Source: a virus
Direction: 5' to 3' (one strand)
Length of the DNA stretch: 64,000 bases
IMG/VR virus record: IMGVR_UViG_3300042507_004023
A program made the position numbers and the translations under genes. Every line of letters begins with the position of its first letter. Position 1 is the first letter of the stretch. The notes beneath the pieces are model-generated. The model made no database searches, was not told the DNA's origin, and worked only from the letters and a program-made list of their open reading frames with translations. This document shows positions 45,601-54,166 of this stretch, piece by piece.

Positions 45601-46467
45601 GGTGCAGGAAACGGAATTTTTGTATCACCGACCACAGGTGCAGTTGTTGTTTACAATACTGGTGTTCATAGTGTTAATGGACTAACTGGTGATGTTACAA
45701 TAAGTGCTGGTAGCGGAATGACTTCAACTGTAGCCAATACTTTCTCTGCTCTTCAGACTTTTACAGCAGGAATTACCGCAAACGCCATATATGTGTCTAC
45801 AGGTGCAACATTCGCAGGTGCAAATCTTGTGGGATTCACCACAGGATTAACGGCAGCCAATGTTTACGCAGGTCAAGTTTTAACCGATAGCATATTCTCA
45901 AGAACACAGGGTAGTGCTCTTCAAATAAATTATGATGCAAATACCATAACCACAATTGGAGATGAACCCGGAAATGGTAATAGCACTTATATATCAGTTG
46001 ATGACTCTACTGGAACAATCACACTAAGTGCGCCTGTGGGTGGTATAAACACTTCTTTTTTCAACAATCAAATAACCGCTCCATCGTTTGCCGACACCTA
46101 TTCGTTTTGCGAAACTTTCCGAACCACCACATCTGGAGCCACAGCCAATCAGACTATTGCTACAGTTCCTGGTGTTTATGATGACGGAGAAATCCCCCCA
46201 GTAATGAGATATCCCGCGTTTGAAGTCACAATTTCTGCACGGGATACAGTAGCCAACAAAACAGAAATGCTAAAGATGTTGATAGTGCAGAACGGAACCG
46301 ATACTGTAAACACGCAATACGGCTTGATTCGCACAGGAGCAACTGGCCCTGTGTCTTCTTACAGCACAACCTTGAGTGGTTCACCAAAAGATTTGCTGAT
46401 TCGTGCCACACCATCATCGGCAAACTCCACAAAGTTCATAGTAACCGTTCGTGCTCATAACGGATAA
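42631..46467 (+). CDS. Large tail fibre / adhesin (1278 aa)
   Basis: MPLNFPS....NQ..Y..TW.WNG.AW start; repeats GTANEIE.TG.TS.VVGLPDNV (x2), TF..LQT.TAGITA..LYVSTGATFA (x3), SVNGLTG; CCTAAATA at 42587-42594. Confidence 0.85.
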   Translation: MPLNFPSTGLTANQTTYSYSGNTWIWNGFAWDSVFVNGITGTANEIEVTGLTSLVVGLPDNVTISGNLNVDTILPRASASELQLGNSSKPIRIGDFQNSNNGNYLSIDDTGDSISVMALHGVVRITSSEGEIQLGDTVEGNGSGALIDIQPSPISQDNVIYIKPVQGGSNYITINPSELNYGTLTLTGQNARIGSLTAGSIYASNIVSSWNGQTGAVGFSNYVSSINGRTGAFGLTGTANEIEITGATSFVVGLPDNVQIASSLSINGGTAWHSGNDGATSQLDAGYLYGIPGNIFSSNLATGLLYGGILSINAGNSGQFDITAGKGQIHFAGASHTAEPNPTLQFITWTGATGVTLSGLTSQDTTWLYFDSSGVLHQQATYYTDDQVENNIVIGALVHPTRSYISLARTIPNVGYATDKQYEQFIRAFGPMKVDGHTIQANGANLSLNRTSGTAFILGRNYKTDPNNPSVVSDNAKTEAQIWRYYRGATAGTFVTQTGFTGIDPANYDNGSGTLAAVSPSTPFTIQRVFFYPNTPDVLGVYYGRSQYASLPEAAKNIHLEDFTEITNTKTNAVLTAFVIAKYNTTDLAADILADNARIIQAGQFRTTSSGGGSVATNLDDLTDVTITSVQDDDVLIYDTATSQWLNTPLAHIGVRSVNGLTGAIVSVAVTGSNTFTGLQTMTAGITASHLYVSTGATFASLATFSSGLSSGSTITVNNAIQVAQPAANTTALILRTRATNSNFITINATGGNVTVAPGTGVLRVTQGYGSSGTITNTSRGYLALQGTDGDASSFDVTIDPSTALSASRTLTCPNLSGTLAVVNAAQTFSSLQTFTAGITANALYVSTGATFASRPSFPSGLTTDNLWVTNGVTFAGTSVHTGLGTFNGGITANNLWVTNGATFAGQVTVTNFRAATIGGDEGGQIDFGLAATNTTLTGGVSIDIFQNKLRIFESGGTNRGAYIDLTSAGAGVASNLLSGGGTAAVSSVTGAGNGIFVSPTTGAVVVYNTGVHSVNGLTGDVTISAGSGMTSTVANTFSALQTFTAGITANAIYVSTGATFAGANLVGFTTGLTAANVYAGQVLTDSIFSRTQGSALQINYDANTITTIGDEPGNGNSTYISVDDSTGTITLSAPVGGINTSFFNNQITAPSFADTYSFCETFRTTTSGATANQTIATVPGVYDDGEIPPVMRYPAFEVTISARDTVANKTEMLKMLIVQNGTDTVNTQYGLIRTGATGPVSSYSTTLSGSPKDLLIRATPSSANSTKFIVTVRAHNG

Positions 46468-46482
46468 TCGGTAGGAGATAAA

Positions 46483-47178
46483 ATGCCAGACACCACAGCA
46501 CCATTTGCGATAATAAATGGTTTATCTCTAACAGGTAATGCTGTTGTGAATTTTTCGGGAAGTGGGGTTCCAGATTTTGATGAAATTTTAGTTTCCGCCG
46601 GAACAACCGGATCTCTGACTTGGCAAACTGCGGGAAATTTTGTTCATGTATCGGGACTATCAAGAAGCATATTTCCTATACCTGCAAATGCAATTTCTGC
46701 GTCTACTGCTAGTGGTGCAACAGGAATTATTTTTTATGCACCATTTGCCATACACTCAACCATATCAACAAAATTTTCTGTGTGTAGTGCAGGGACAAAT
46801 CCCACAGCAACAACATACTTAGCCAAGGTGTATGCTTGTGATCCTAACACAGGCGGGCCTACGGGGGCTCCTATTGGTGATTACGGCAACACCACAGTAA
46901 CCACCGCTACAAACACACAATTTCTTTCTTCTTCCGCTGTAACACTAAATCCCGGAATGTATTGGGTGGGGTATGTTCCTTCTATTACTGCATCAACCGC
47001 GTTACGAGTTTATACTGCGGATACTATATTTACACAGAAAACGATGGGTATTCAAACCCCTACAAGTGCAACTTATACCCTTGGTTTTACTGGCTTTGCT
47101 CCACTACCTTCTACCATAGGAACTGTAACTGAATTTCTTTCTTCAACTCCTATTTGTCCACTACTTCAAATTCAATAA
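46483..47178 (+). CDS. Fibre-associated protein, paralog 1 of 3
   Basis: MPD..APF..INGLSLTG start; LNPGMYWVG. Confidence 0.75.
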   Translation: MPDTTAPFAIINGLSLTGNAVVNFSGSGVPDFDEILVSAGTTGSLTWQTAGNFVHVSGLSRSIFPIPANAISASTASGATGIIFYAPFAIHSTISTKFSVCSAGTNPTATTYLAKVYACDPNTGGPTGAPIGDYGNTTVTTATNTQFLSSSAVTLNPGMYWVGYVPSITASTALRVYTADTIFTQKTMGIQTPTSATYTLGFTGFAPLPSTIGTVTEFLSSTPICPLLQIQ

Positions 47179-47181
47179 ACT

Positions 47182-47889
47182 ATGCCTGACATCAACGCAT
47201 CATTCTTTCCTGTAAACGGTTTAAGTATTACCGGTAGTTCGGTTATAAACTTTGTTTCTGCTACAGGACCAACCACAAACAGCGTTCTGCGTTCTTCAGG
47301 AACCACAGGAAATGTTCTGTGGGGATATCCTGCAACGCCGGATCATTACACAGGCGGGTCTCGTTTGCTGATTCCGTGTAACAGTTCCACTCAGTCAGCA
47401 ACTAACACAGGACTGTCGGCAGGAACGGTTGTGTATTTTCCTTTTGTGGTTTACTCAGCAGTTACCGTGAAGGCTGCGGTTTCTTCAACCGCAAGCACCC
47501 CAACCTTAACTGGCCCTGTTTACTGCAAACTGTATGGAACAGATCTAAGAATAGGTGGCCCTACAGGAGCACCCATTTCCGATTTAGGAACTATAACTGT
47601 AAATGCGGTTGCAAACACAATTTCTGTTTCTTCTGGTTCTGTCCAATTAACCCCCGGAATGTATTGGTTGGGTATGGGATTTACTGGAGCCGGTATAAAC
47701 AATATGCGAAGAATTACTGCTGATACAAATCAAATTTCGCATACTTTTGGACAAGCCACTCCGGCAGGAACTCCCACATATTTTGTATATTTTTCTCAAG
47801 CAGGTATTACTGTGCCACCCGATACTGTTGGCGCAATAACCCAAGTAACCTCAGCCGTAGCGGTTGGGCCATTTCTACAAATGCAGTAA
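47182..47889 (+). CDS. Fibre-associated protein, paralog 2 of 3
   Basis: MPDINASFF.VNGLSITG; LTPGMYWLG. Confidence 0.75.
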   Translation: MPDINASFFPVNGLSITGSSVINFVSATGPTTNSVLRSSGTTGNVLWGYPATPDHYTGGSRLLIPCNSSTQSATNTGLSAGTVVYFPFVVYSAVTVKAAVSSTASTPTLTGPVYCKLYGTDLRIGGPTGAPISDLGTITVNAVANTISVSSGSVQLTPGMYWLGMGFTGAGINNMRRITADTNQISHTFGQATPAGTPTYFVYFSQAGITVPPDTVGAITQVTSAVAVGPFLQMQ

Positions 47890-47895
47890 TTCAAC

Positions 47896-48606
47896 ATGCC
47901 AGACATAAACGCACCATTCACAGTTATAAACGGAGTCTCTTTGACGGGAAATTCTTTAAAATTAACTCTTGCTCCATCAAACACTCCAAACACCGATTTA
48001 ATTTTCCGTGCTACAGGAACTACCGGAAATGTTTATTGGTCGTCTCCTTCGCCATTCACCATACTGTCTAGCAGTTTGGGAGGAACAAAATACATTCCTC
48101 ATATGTCGGGATCAACAGTTACTACGGGTGCTGCAAGTTCGGGTTCTAGCACCATAGTGTATTTTTATCCATACTGGATTACCTCTACAGAAACAGTAAA
48201 CGCTTGTGCAATCAGCACAAACACCAATCCAACCGTAACAGGAACAATAACTGCAAAGGTTTATCGTTCGAGTGGAGGCAAACCTGTAGGTCCAACCATT
48301 GGAAATTTTGGAACCATAACCACTACTGCAAATTCGAATACGATATTTGTATCATCATCCTCGGTGACACTCTCACCCGGAATGTATTGGATTGGGGTAT
48401 CGTATAGTGCTTCTTTAACAAATATGCGGGGACATACCGCAGAACCATCTACCATGTATAGAGTAATGGGTCACAGTAATAGTAGTGCTTTTAGTGCGCT
48501 TTATGTTTTACAGCAGTCTGGACCAACTTCTCCTCCAGAAACGGTTGGAACCCTCAATATTCAAACTTCGGCAACTCCTTCTCCTGGAATATGGTTACGC
48601 ACATAA
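47896..48606 (+). CDS. Fibre-associated protein, paralog 3 of 3
   Basis: MPDINAPFT.INGVSLTG; LSPGMYWIG. Confidence 0.75.
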   Translation: MPDINAPFTVINGVSLTGNSLKLTLAPSNTPNTDLIFRATGTTGNVYWSSPSPFTILSSSLGGTKYIPHMSGSTVTTGAASSGSSTIVYFYPYWITSTETVNACAISTNTNPTVTGTITAKVYRSSGGKPVGPTIGNFGTITTTANSNTIFVSSSSVTLSPGMYWIGVSYSASLTNMRGHTAEPSTMYRVMGHSNSSAFSALYVLQQSGPTSPPETVGTLNIQTSATPSPGIWLRT

Positions 48607-48627
48607 GGTGAAAGGATAAATATTCGT

Positions 48628-48951
48628 ATGAAAATTTCTTATACCAATCCTGACGGCTCAACCACTCTAGTAGATAATCGTGAGTTCTATTCTTACAAAG
48701 ACTACTACTTGAAATACATTCGTGAACGCGCACACGATTTGATAATAGCGGATGCTCCAGATTTTAAACAAAGAAACGCGGCTCTTGGATTGCTTTCTGA
48801 TGCAGAAACAAACGCAATTCGAGCACATATTCAAAGTATTCGCACAATTTCAAATCAAAAAGAAGCCGCACTAGAAGCCATCACATGGGATGGCGATCCT
48901 GCAACTCATGCGGCTGCGTGTGACCAAATAGAAACCATTACTTGGGATTGA
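48628..48951 (+). CDS. Putative tail fibre assembly chaperone
   Basis: Helical 107-aa protein ending ..LEAITW...IETITWD, following the fibre genes; GATAAATA 5 nt upstream. Confidence 0.55.
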   Translation: MKISYTNPDGSTTLVDNREFYSYKDYYLKYIRERAHDLIIADAPDFKQRNAALGLLSDAETNAIRAHIQSIRTISNQKEAALEAITWDGDPATHAAACDQIETITWD

Positions 48952-49016
48952 CACACAAATAATTAGTGCTATACTTGTGCGACTCCTCCGCTTTTGGGGG
49001 AGTCGTGTCCTAAATA
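48948..49016 (+). promoter_or_regulatory. Early promoter (TTGACA-16-TATACT), hairpin and late-like promoter (CCTAAATA) upstream of the RNR gene
   Basis: The motifs are at 48948-48975 and 49009-49016; the stem CGACTCCTCC/GGGGGAGTCG lies between them. Confidence 0.6.
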
Positions 49017-49044
49017 CAGGAACACTACAACTAGGAGAAATAAA

Positions 49045-50982
49045 ATGAGTGACTTCAACGGATTGCCTACCCCTTATCAGTCTTTTATCCATCTTTCGCG
49101 TTACAGCAGATGGATGCCAGAAAAGAATCGCAGAGAAACATGGGAGGAAACCGTTGCTCGTTATTTTAATTTCTTTGAGAAGCATCTTGAAACCAAGTGT
49201 GGATACAAGGTGGAAAAGTCGGTTCGCAACGAACTTGAAACTGCTGTTCTGAATCTTGAAGTGATGCCTTCCATGCGAGCATTGATGACCGCAGGCGAAG
49301 CACTTGAGCGTGACCATGTTGCAGGCTACAACTGTGCGTTCGTTGCTCTGAATCGTCTTCGTGCGTTTGATGAAATTCTTTACATCCTCATGTGCGGCAC
49401 AGGCGTAGGCTTCTCGGTTGAGCAGCAGTTTGTAAACAAGTTGCCAACCATTGCAGAAGAGTTCAGCGATAGCGATACTGTAATCGTTGTTGAGGATAGC
49501 AAGATTGGTTGGGCAAAGGCATACAAGGAACTAATGTCGCTGCTTGTTGGCGGTCAGATTCCAAAGTGGGATACTTCAAAGGTTCGTGCTGCTGGCGCAA
49601 GACTCAAGACTTTCGGTGGCAGAGCATCTGGCCCAAGACCACTTGAAGACCTGTTCCGTTTCTGTGTTGATACCTTCAAGAAGGCGGCGGGACGCAAGTT
49701 AACTTCTATTGAAACGCACGATATCGTTTGCAAGATTGCTGAGATTGTTGTGGTTGGTGGCGTTCGTCGTTCCGCTCTCATTTCTCTATCTGATCTGAAC
49801 GATGAGCGTATGCGTGGAGCCAAGACAGGTGCATGGTGGGAAGCCAACGCACAGCGAGCCTTGGCTAACAACTCTGCCGTCTACAAGGAGCGTCCTGAAG
49901 TTGGAACATTCATGGAAGAATGGCTATCACTTTACAACTCTAAGTCAGGCGAGCGTGGCATCTTTAATCGTGATGCTGCCAAGCGAACTGTTGCGAAGTT
50001 GGGTGATCGTCGTGATCCAAACCATGAGTTCGGAACTAATCCTTGCTCAGAGATTATTCTTCGTGATCGTGAGTTCTGCAATCTCAGCGAGGTTGTGGTT
50101 CGCAGAGAAGATACTGAAGAAACTCTGAAGCGTAAGGTTCGTCTTGCTGCTATTCTTGGCACATGGCAGGCTAGTCTTGTAGACTTCCGTTACCTGTCAA
50201 GCGAATGGCGTAAGAACTGTCAGGAGGAAGCCCTGCTTGGTGTATCTCTCACAGGCATCTTGGATAACCCAATCATGCGAGATAATCGTGAAGGTCTACA
50301 CAATATGCTTAACGATCTTCGTGAACATGCCGTAGAAACAAACACAAAGTGGGCGAGCAAACTTAAGATTTCTCCTGCCGCAGCGATTAGTTGTGTGAAG
50401 CCAAGCGGAACCGTATCTCAGTTGACGGATGCGGCTTCAGGCATTCACGCTCGTCACAATCCGTATTATATTCGCACCGTTCGTGCAGATCGCAAAGATC
50501 CTCTGTGCCAATTCATGTTGGACAAGGGCTTCCCCGCAGAGCCGTGTGCCATGAAGCCAGATTCCGTCATGGTGTTCTCGTTCCCAATGAAGTCGCCCAA
50601 GGGCTGCATCACACGAAACGATATGACTGCGGTTGAGCATCTTGATCTGTGGCTCACCTATCAGAATCATTGGTGTGAACACAAGCCGTCAATTACTGTA
50701 ACCGTTCGTGAACACGAATGGGTTGAAGTGGGTGCATGGGTCTACAAGCACTTGGATGCAGTATCAGGCATCTCGTTCCTACCACACTCGGATCACTCCT
50801 ACAAGCAGGCTCCGTATCAGGACTGCACCAAGGAGGAATACGATGCGTTCGTATTGCGTATGCCTAAGGATGTGGATTGGACTGAGTTAAGCAAGTATGA
50901 AAAGGAAGATAATACCTCAGGCACTCAAACTTATGCTTGCTCGGCTAACTCATGCGAAATCGTAGACCTCGTGGCAAACTGA
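49045..50982 (+). CDS. nrdJ: Class II (adenosylcobalamin-dependent) ribonucleotide reductase
   Basis: LPTPYQ.FI..SRYSRW, MPSMRAL, YNCAF, VVVGGVRRSALI, TNPCSEI, CVKPSGTVS, EHKPS.T, C-terminal ACSANSCE; no small subunit adjacent. Confidence 0.88.
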   Translation: MSDFNGLPTPYQSFIHLSRYSRWMPEKNRRETWEETVARYFNFFEKHLETKCGYKVEKSVRNELETAVLNLEVMPSMRALMTAGEALERDHVAGYNCAFVALNRLRAFDEILYILMCGTGVGFSVEQQFVNKLPTIAEEFSDSDTVIVVEDSKIGWAKAYKELMSLLVGGQIPKWDTSKVRAAGARLKTFGGRASGPRPLEDLFRFCVDTFKKAAGRKLTSIETHDIVCKIAEIVVVGGVRRSALISLSDLNDERMRGAKTGAWWEANAQRALANNSAVYKERPEVGTFMEEWLSLYNSKSGERGIFNRDAAKRTVAKLGDRRDPNHEFGTNPCSEIILRDREFCNLSEVVVRREDTEETLKRKVRLAAILGTWQASLVDFRYLSSEWRKNCQEEALLGVSLTGILDNPIMRDNREGLHNMLNDLREHAVETNTKWASKLKISPAAAISCVKPSGTVSQLTDAASGIHARHNPYYIRTVRADRKDPLCQFMLDKGFPAEPCAMKPDSVMVFSFPMKSPKGCITRNDMTAVEHLDLWLTYQNHWCEHKPSITVTVREHEWVEVGAWVYKHLDAVSGISFLPHSDHSYKQAPYQDCTKEEYDAFVLRMPKDVDWTELSKYEKEDNTSGTQTYACSANSCEIVDLVAN

Positions 50983-50999
50983 CCCCCATAAATAATGGG

Positions 51000-51539
51000 G
51001 TGAAAATTGTAGGAATTGACTATTCGCTATGCTCGCCGTGTGTTGCTGTAACCACAGACGGCGGGCTATCCTACCAAGCCCATTATCTTACTTCGACTAA
51101 AAAATTTCTAGGTGATTTTAAATTTGGTAACTTTTTAATAAAAGGATGGGAATATCCTGCTTGGACGACACCCGAGGAACGCTACCAGGGGCTCTCAGAA
51201 TGGGCTATACGCCTCGCTGGTGCGTCCGACCAAGTAATGATAGAGGACTACGCTCTTGGAGCCAAAGGGCGTGTTTTCCATATCGGAGAGAACGCTGGAT
51301 TATTAAAATGGAAACTGTGGAACTCTAAAATTTCTTTTAAAGTTGTAGGCCCAACAGTTCTTAAAAAATGGGCAACAGGCAAAGGAAATGCCGACAAAGA
51401 GAAAATGCATGCCGCATTCCAAGAGCGTTTCGGATTAGATTTGCAAGCCCGTCTAGCAGGCGATAAAGGCAAGATAGGCAATCCGGTAAGTGATGTGGTA
51501 GATGCTGTTTGGTTGTGTCAATACGCTATAGAAAATTAA
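51000..51539 (+). CDS. RuvC-like Holliday junction resolvase
   Basis: IVGIDYS, IEDYA, IGENAGLLK, KKWATGKGNA.KE.M, DVVDA; GTG start 5 nt after CATAAATA. Confidence 0.85.
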   Translation: MKIVGIDYSLCSPCVAVTTDGGLSYQAHYLTSTKKFLGDFKFGNFLIKGWEYPAWTTPEERYQGLSEWAIRLAGASDQVMIEDYALGAKGRVFHIGENAGLLKWKLWNSKISFKVVGPTVLKKWATGKGNADKEKMHAAFQERFGLDLQARLAGDKGKIGNPVSDVVDAVWLCQYAIEN

Positions 51540-51609
51540 ACTGCCACCACATTACCAATAGTAATACTACTGTTGTTTTATGGATTTATTGGACATAATT
51601 TATATTTTC

Positions 51610-51945
51610 TCATATTCTTGTAACTTCAGGATAAACCGTAATCATACCTTGAACAACACGCTGAACTTGTGTTCCATTTGAGGAATGCAATTCCACATCG
51701 TAAAAATAAACACCAGGCTTAACCGCAGCAGATCCTGTTGGGCCTAGAGAAACTATGATGTTTCCTGTTCCTCCTGTAAGGGAAGTTGTTAGGGATATGG
51801 CGGTTTCTGAAGTGTAATATTTACGCATCTGACAATAGGCTGTGCTGCCAGACAAACTGATGGCAACTCCTGCGCTGTCTTTAGCAACAACGCTGAACGC
51901 AAAGTTTGAGCCTTGATCCATATCGTGATTGATTGATACTGCCAT
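51610..51945 (-). CDS. Baseplate/fibre-associated Ig-like protein
   Basis: DQGSNF, A.CQMRKYY, PG.YFYDVEL....G...RVVQG.ITV.PEVT. Confidence 0.75.
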   Translation of the reverse strand: MAVSINHDMDQGSNFAFSVVAKDSAGVAISLSGSTAYCQMRKYYTSETAISLTTSLTGGTGNIIVSLGPTGSAAVKPGVYFYDVELHSSNGTQVQRVVQGMITVYPEVTRI

Positions 51946-52484
51946 TACTTTACCCTCTGTGCTAAGAAGTATTTACACGATACAACATTTCCGTTATAAC
52001 TGCCGCACATACCTCTACTACGCCATTCGCCGGGAAGAGCGGCGTATGCTGACGATTCTACAACATTACCATTGTTCCAGTGAAATACCTGTTTAGTTTT
52101 TTCGTTATCGTCTACACGAACATAGATGTTTGTCATGCTTGAATTGACGGCAGGAGCGTTTTCTAAAAAAAGATCTTGGTTTTCAACAGGCGAACATAAA
52201 ACTGCAACCGATACTATTGTTCCCACAGGATAATCGCAATCGGTTACACTAATAGAATTAGACGCAAGACACGGAAGTTGAACTCCAAGCATTTGTTGCT
52301 CGGTATATCGTTTTGCTTCGGTTAATCCTTCACAGATTTGCTGATCTGTTTTGTTTTTAAAAGCAAGCAACAACTCGTCTACTGTTTTTAAAGCATTTGC
52401 AACTTCTTGTTCTGTGTGTCGCTTTGCTTGAAACAGATACGCTTTGTTTTGAGTGTCAACATGTAATTGTGTGGATACATCCAT
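51945..52484 (-). CDS. Hypothetical tail-associated protein
   Basis: 179 aa; the C-terminal LPGEWRSRG.CG...FLAQRV resembles fibre tip modules. Confidence 0.6.
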   Translation of the reverse strand: MDVSTQLHVDTQNKAYLFQAKRHTEQEVANALKTVDELLLAFKNKTDQQICEGLTEAKRYTEQQMLGVQLPCLASNSISVTDCDYPVGTIVSVAVLCSPVENQDLFLENAPAVNSSMTNIYVRVDDNEKTKQVFHWNNGNVVESSAYAALPGEWRSRGMCGSYNGNVVSCKYFLAQRVK

Positions 52485-52486
52485 GA

Positions 52487-53302
52487 TTAGATAAATTCTA
52501 GTTCATCCACCGTAATGGAAAGATAGAAAGTTCTGTAGTCACCACCAGAATCAGCAGAATCCCAATTGAAACGATAACGAACATTGCCGTCAAGGGTTCC
52601 AGTTCTTCCCTGTAATCCTCCGGCAGTATAATATTCTTCATCAAATCCCATAATGTGAACACCATTTCCGAACGAATTGTTTTGTTCTTCCGATGCGTCT
52701 TGATGAAGAACCAACCAAGTGTTTTTACCACTCAAATTGATTTGTTCCCAAGTGGTTCCACCATCTAAACTTCTAAGAACTATACCATCTCTTTGACTAC
52801 CTTGGGTGTCGGTTGTATTTCTTGTTATGTGACCAGCAATAGTCAAAAACATTTTAGTTCCCGTAGTTTTTCGTGGAGTTACAATCACTTCAACATAAGT
52901 TCCGTCATCGTAACCAATACCAGTGGTTGTATAATCCGGATCTCCGTTTTCAATAAACGAGGCTTTGCAGGCTCTTTGTAAAATCCCACCACTAAAATTT
53001 AATTTAGCAATTTCTGCATCGGTATAAGCATTTGCTTCTTGTTTTGCTGTGGTAATGTCTAAGTTGGTTTGTGTGTTTTGCAGAACATCTTGTTCATCGG
53101 AGTGACGATTTGCTACCGCAACACCAGAATCAACAAGTTCCTGTGCTTCTGCACGACTTATACCACCTGCACCACCACCACCAAGTTGACTAACGGTAGC
53201 AAAGTGATTTGGATCGGTTCCAGGAACTCCTAGAACTTGAGCCTGAACTGTTATCTGACTGCCTGCTGCTGGTTGTATTGTGTTTACTTTTAATTCCGAC
53301 AT
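52487..53302 (-). CDS. Fibre-like structural protein
   Basis: MSELKVNTIQP start shared with its neighbours; HFATVSQL and AKQEANAYTD fibre motifs. Confidence 0.7.
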   Translation of the reverse strand: MSELKVNTIQPAAGSQITVQAQVLGVPGTDPNHFATVSQLGGGGAGGISRAEAQELVDSGVAVANRHSDEQDVLQNTQTNLDITTAKQEANAYTDAEIAKLNFSGGILQRACKASFIENGDPDYTTTGIGYDDGTYVEVIVTPRKTTGTKMFLTIAGHITRNTTDTQGSQRDGIVLRSLDGGTTWEQINLSGKNTWLVLHQDASEEQNNSFGNGVHIMGFDEEYYTAGGLQGRTGTLDGNVRYRFNWDSADSGGDYRTFYLSITVDELEFI

Positions 53303-53305
53303 AGA

Positions 53306-54157
53306 TTATCCTAGATAAAAAATTAGGGCTGTTGCGCCTCGACTAGTTCCAATACTAGGCAAAGATAGTGAGAAAGTATATGTGCCGCTAGAAGATACAG
53401 CGAATTGTGTAGCAGTTGAAGAAGTAATTTCTATAAGTCTTCCGTGTCCAGCATCACCACCTCTATTGTTTAGATGACTGTTTGTTGTAGTAAACGATAG
53501 AGATGTGGCTGATAAAGTTTGTAGTGAGTTTGAATTTTGATTACCGTCATTAAACTGAACACAAGAGGTAAATACTACAGCATATGTGCCTTGTTTTAAT
53601 GTTATGGATTTACTTACTGCACTTGCCGGATTATTGGGAAGAGAAATATACTGAGTATTTCCTTTACTCATATTATCAACATAAGTCTTGTTAGCAAGAT
53701 GATTGCCTATGGTTGGTAATACTGAACAGGTTGGTGGTTGGTTTGCAAAATTAGTTGCTTTCTCAAACGATGCGTCTTTGACGAACTGCGTCTTGTCCAA
53801 GAATCTTGTTGTCTCTGCTGCGTCTATCGTAAGTCGTTCTGTATTATTGACTCGTATACTCAAACTGCTGTCGGATTTGGCGTGTAGTGATGCCCATTCT
53901 GTGCTGCCTTGGTTGTTGGTGAATTGCAGAGTTGAATCGCCAAAACCCGGGCTTGTTGTTGCAGTTAGCGGGGCACGAATTCTAACACCAAAGTTTGAAG
54001 CGGGAACTGTTACCACTTCAACTGAACCTTCCATGTTTACTTTACCTTCAACACTTAAATCATAACCACTTCGGTTAACTCCACCAATCCCTACAGGATT
54101 ATTGATTTTTACTGTGCCGCCAAGACCGCTAATTGTGTTTACTTTTAATTCTGACAT
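53306..54157 (-). CDS. Fibre-like structural protein
   Basis: MSELKVNTISG; NPVGIG...LSVEG; HLANKTYVD. Confidence 0.7.
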   Translation of the reverse strand: MSELKVNTISGLGGTVKINNPVGIGGVNRSGYDLSVEGKVNMEGSVEVVTVPASNFGVRIRAPLTATTSPGFGDSTLQFTNNQGSTEWASLHAKSDSSLSIRVNNTERLTIDAAETTRFLDKTQFVKDASFEKATNFANQPPTCSVLPTIGNHLANKTYVDNMSKGNTQYISLPNNPASAVSKSITLKQGTYAVVFTSCVQFNDGNQNSNSLQTLSATSLSFTTTNSHLNNRGGDAGHGRLIEITSSTATQFAVSSSGTYTFSLSLPSIGTSRGATALIFYLG

Positions 54158-54166
54158 GGATTATCC

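Noticed and set aside
42631-48606. Diversity-generating retroelement or invertible fibre cassette
   Set aside because: There is no reverse transcriptase or recombinase, and no near-identical template/variable repeat pair differing at adenines; the repeats are diverged protein-level duplications.
49022-49037. NrdR-box-like sequence ACACTACAACTAGGAG over the nrdJ SD
   Set aside because: It is a single copy with a mismatch in the core. NrdR boxes normally occur as spaced pairs and no partner was found, so it is too weak to call.
13015-50982. Inteins or group I introns in gp43, gp41, gp61, thyX or nrdJ
   Set aside because: All have normal lengths and continuous motifs, with no intein termini or homing-nuclease inserts.
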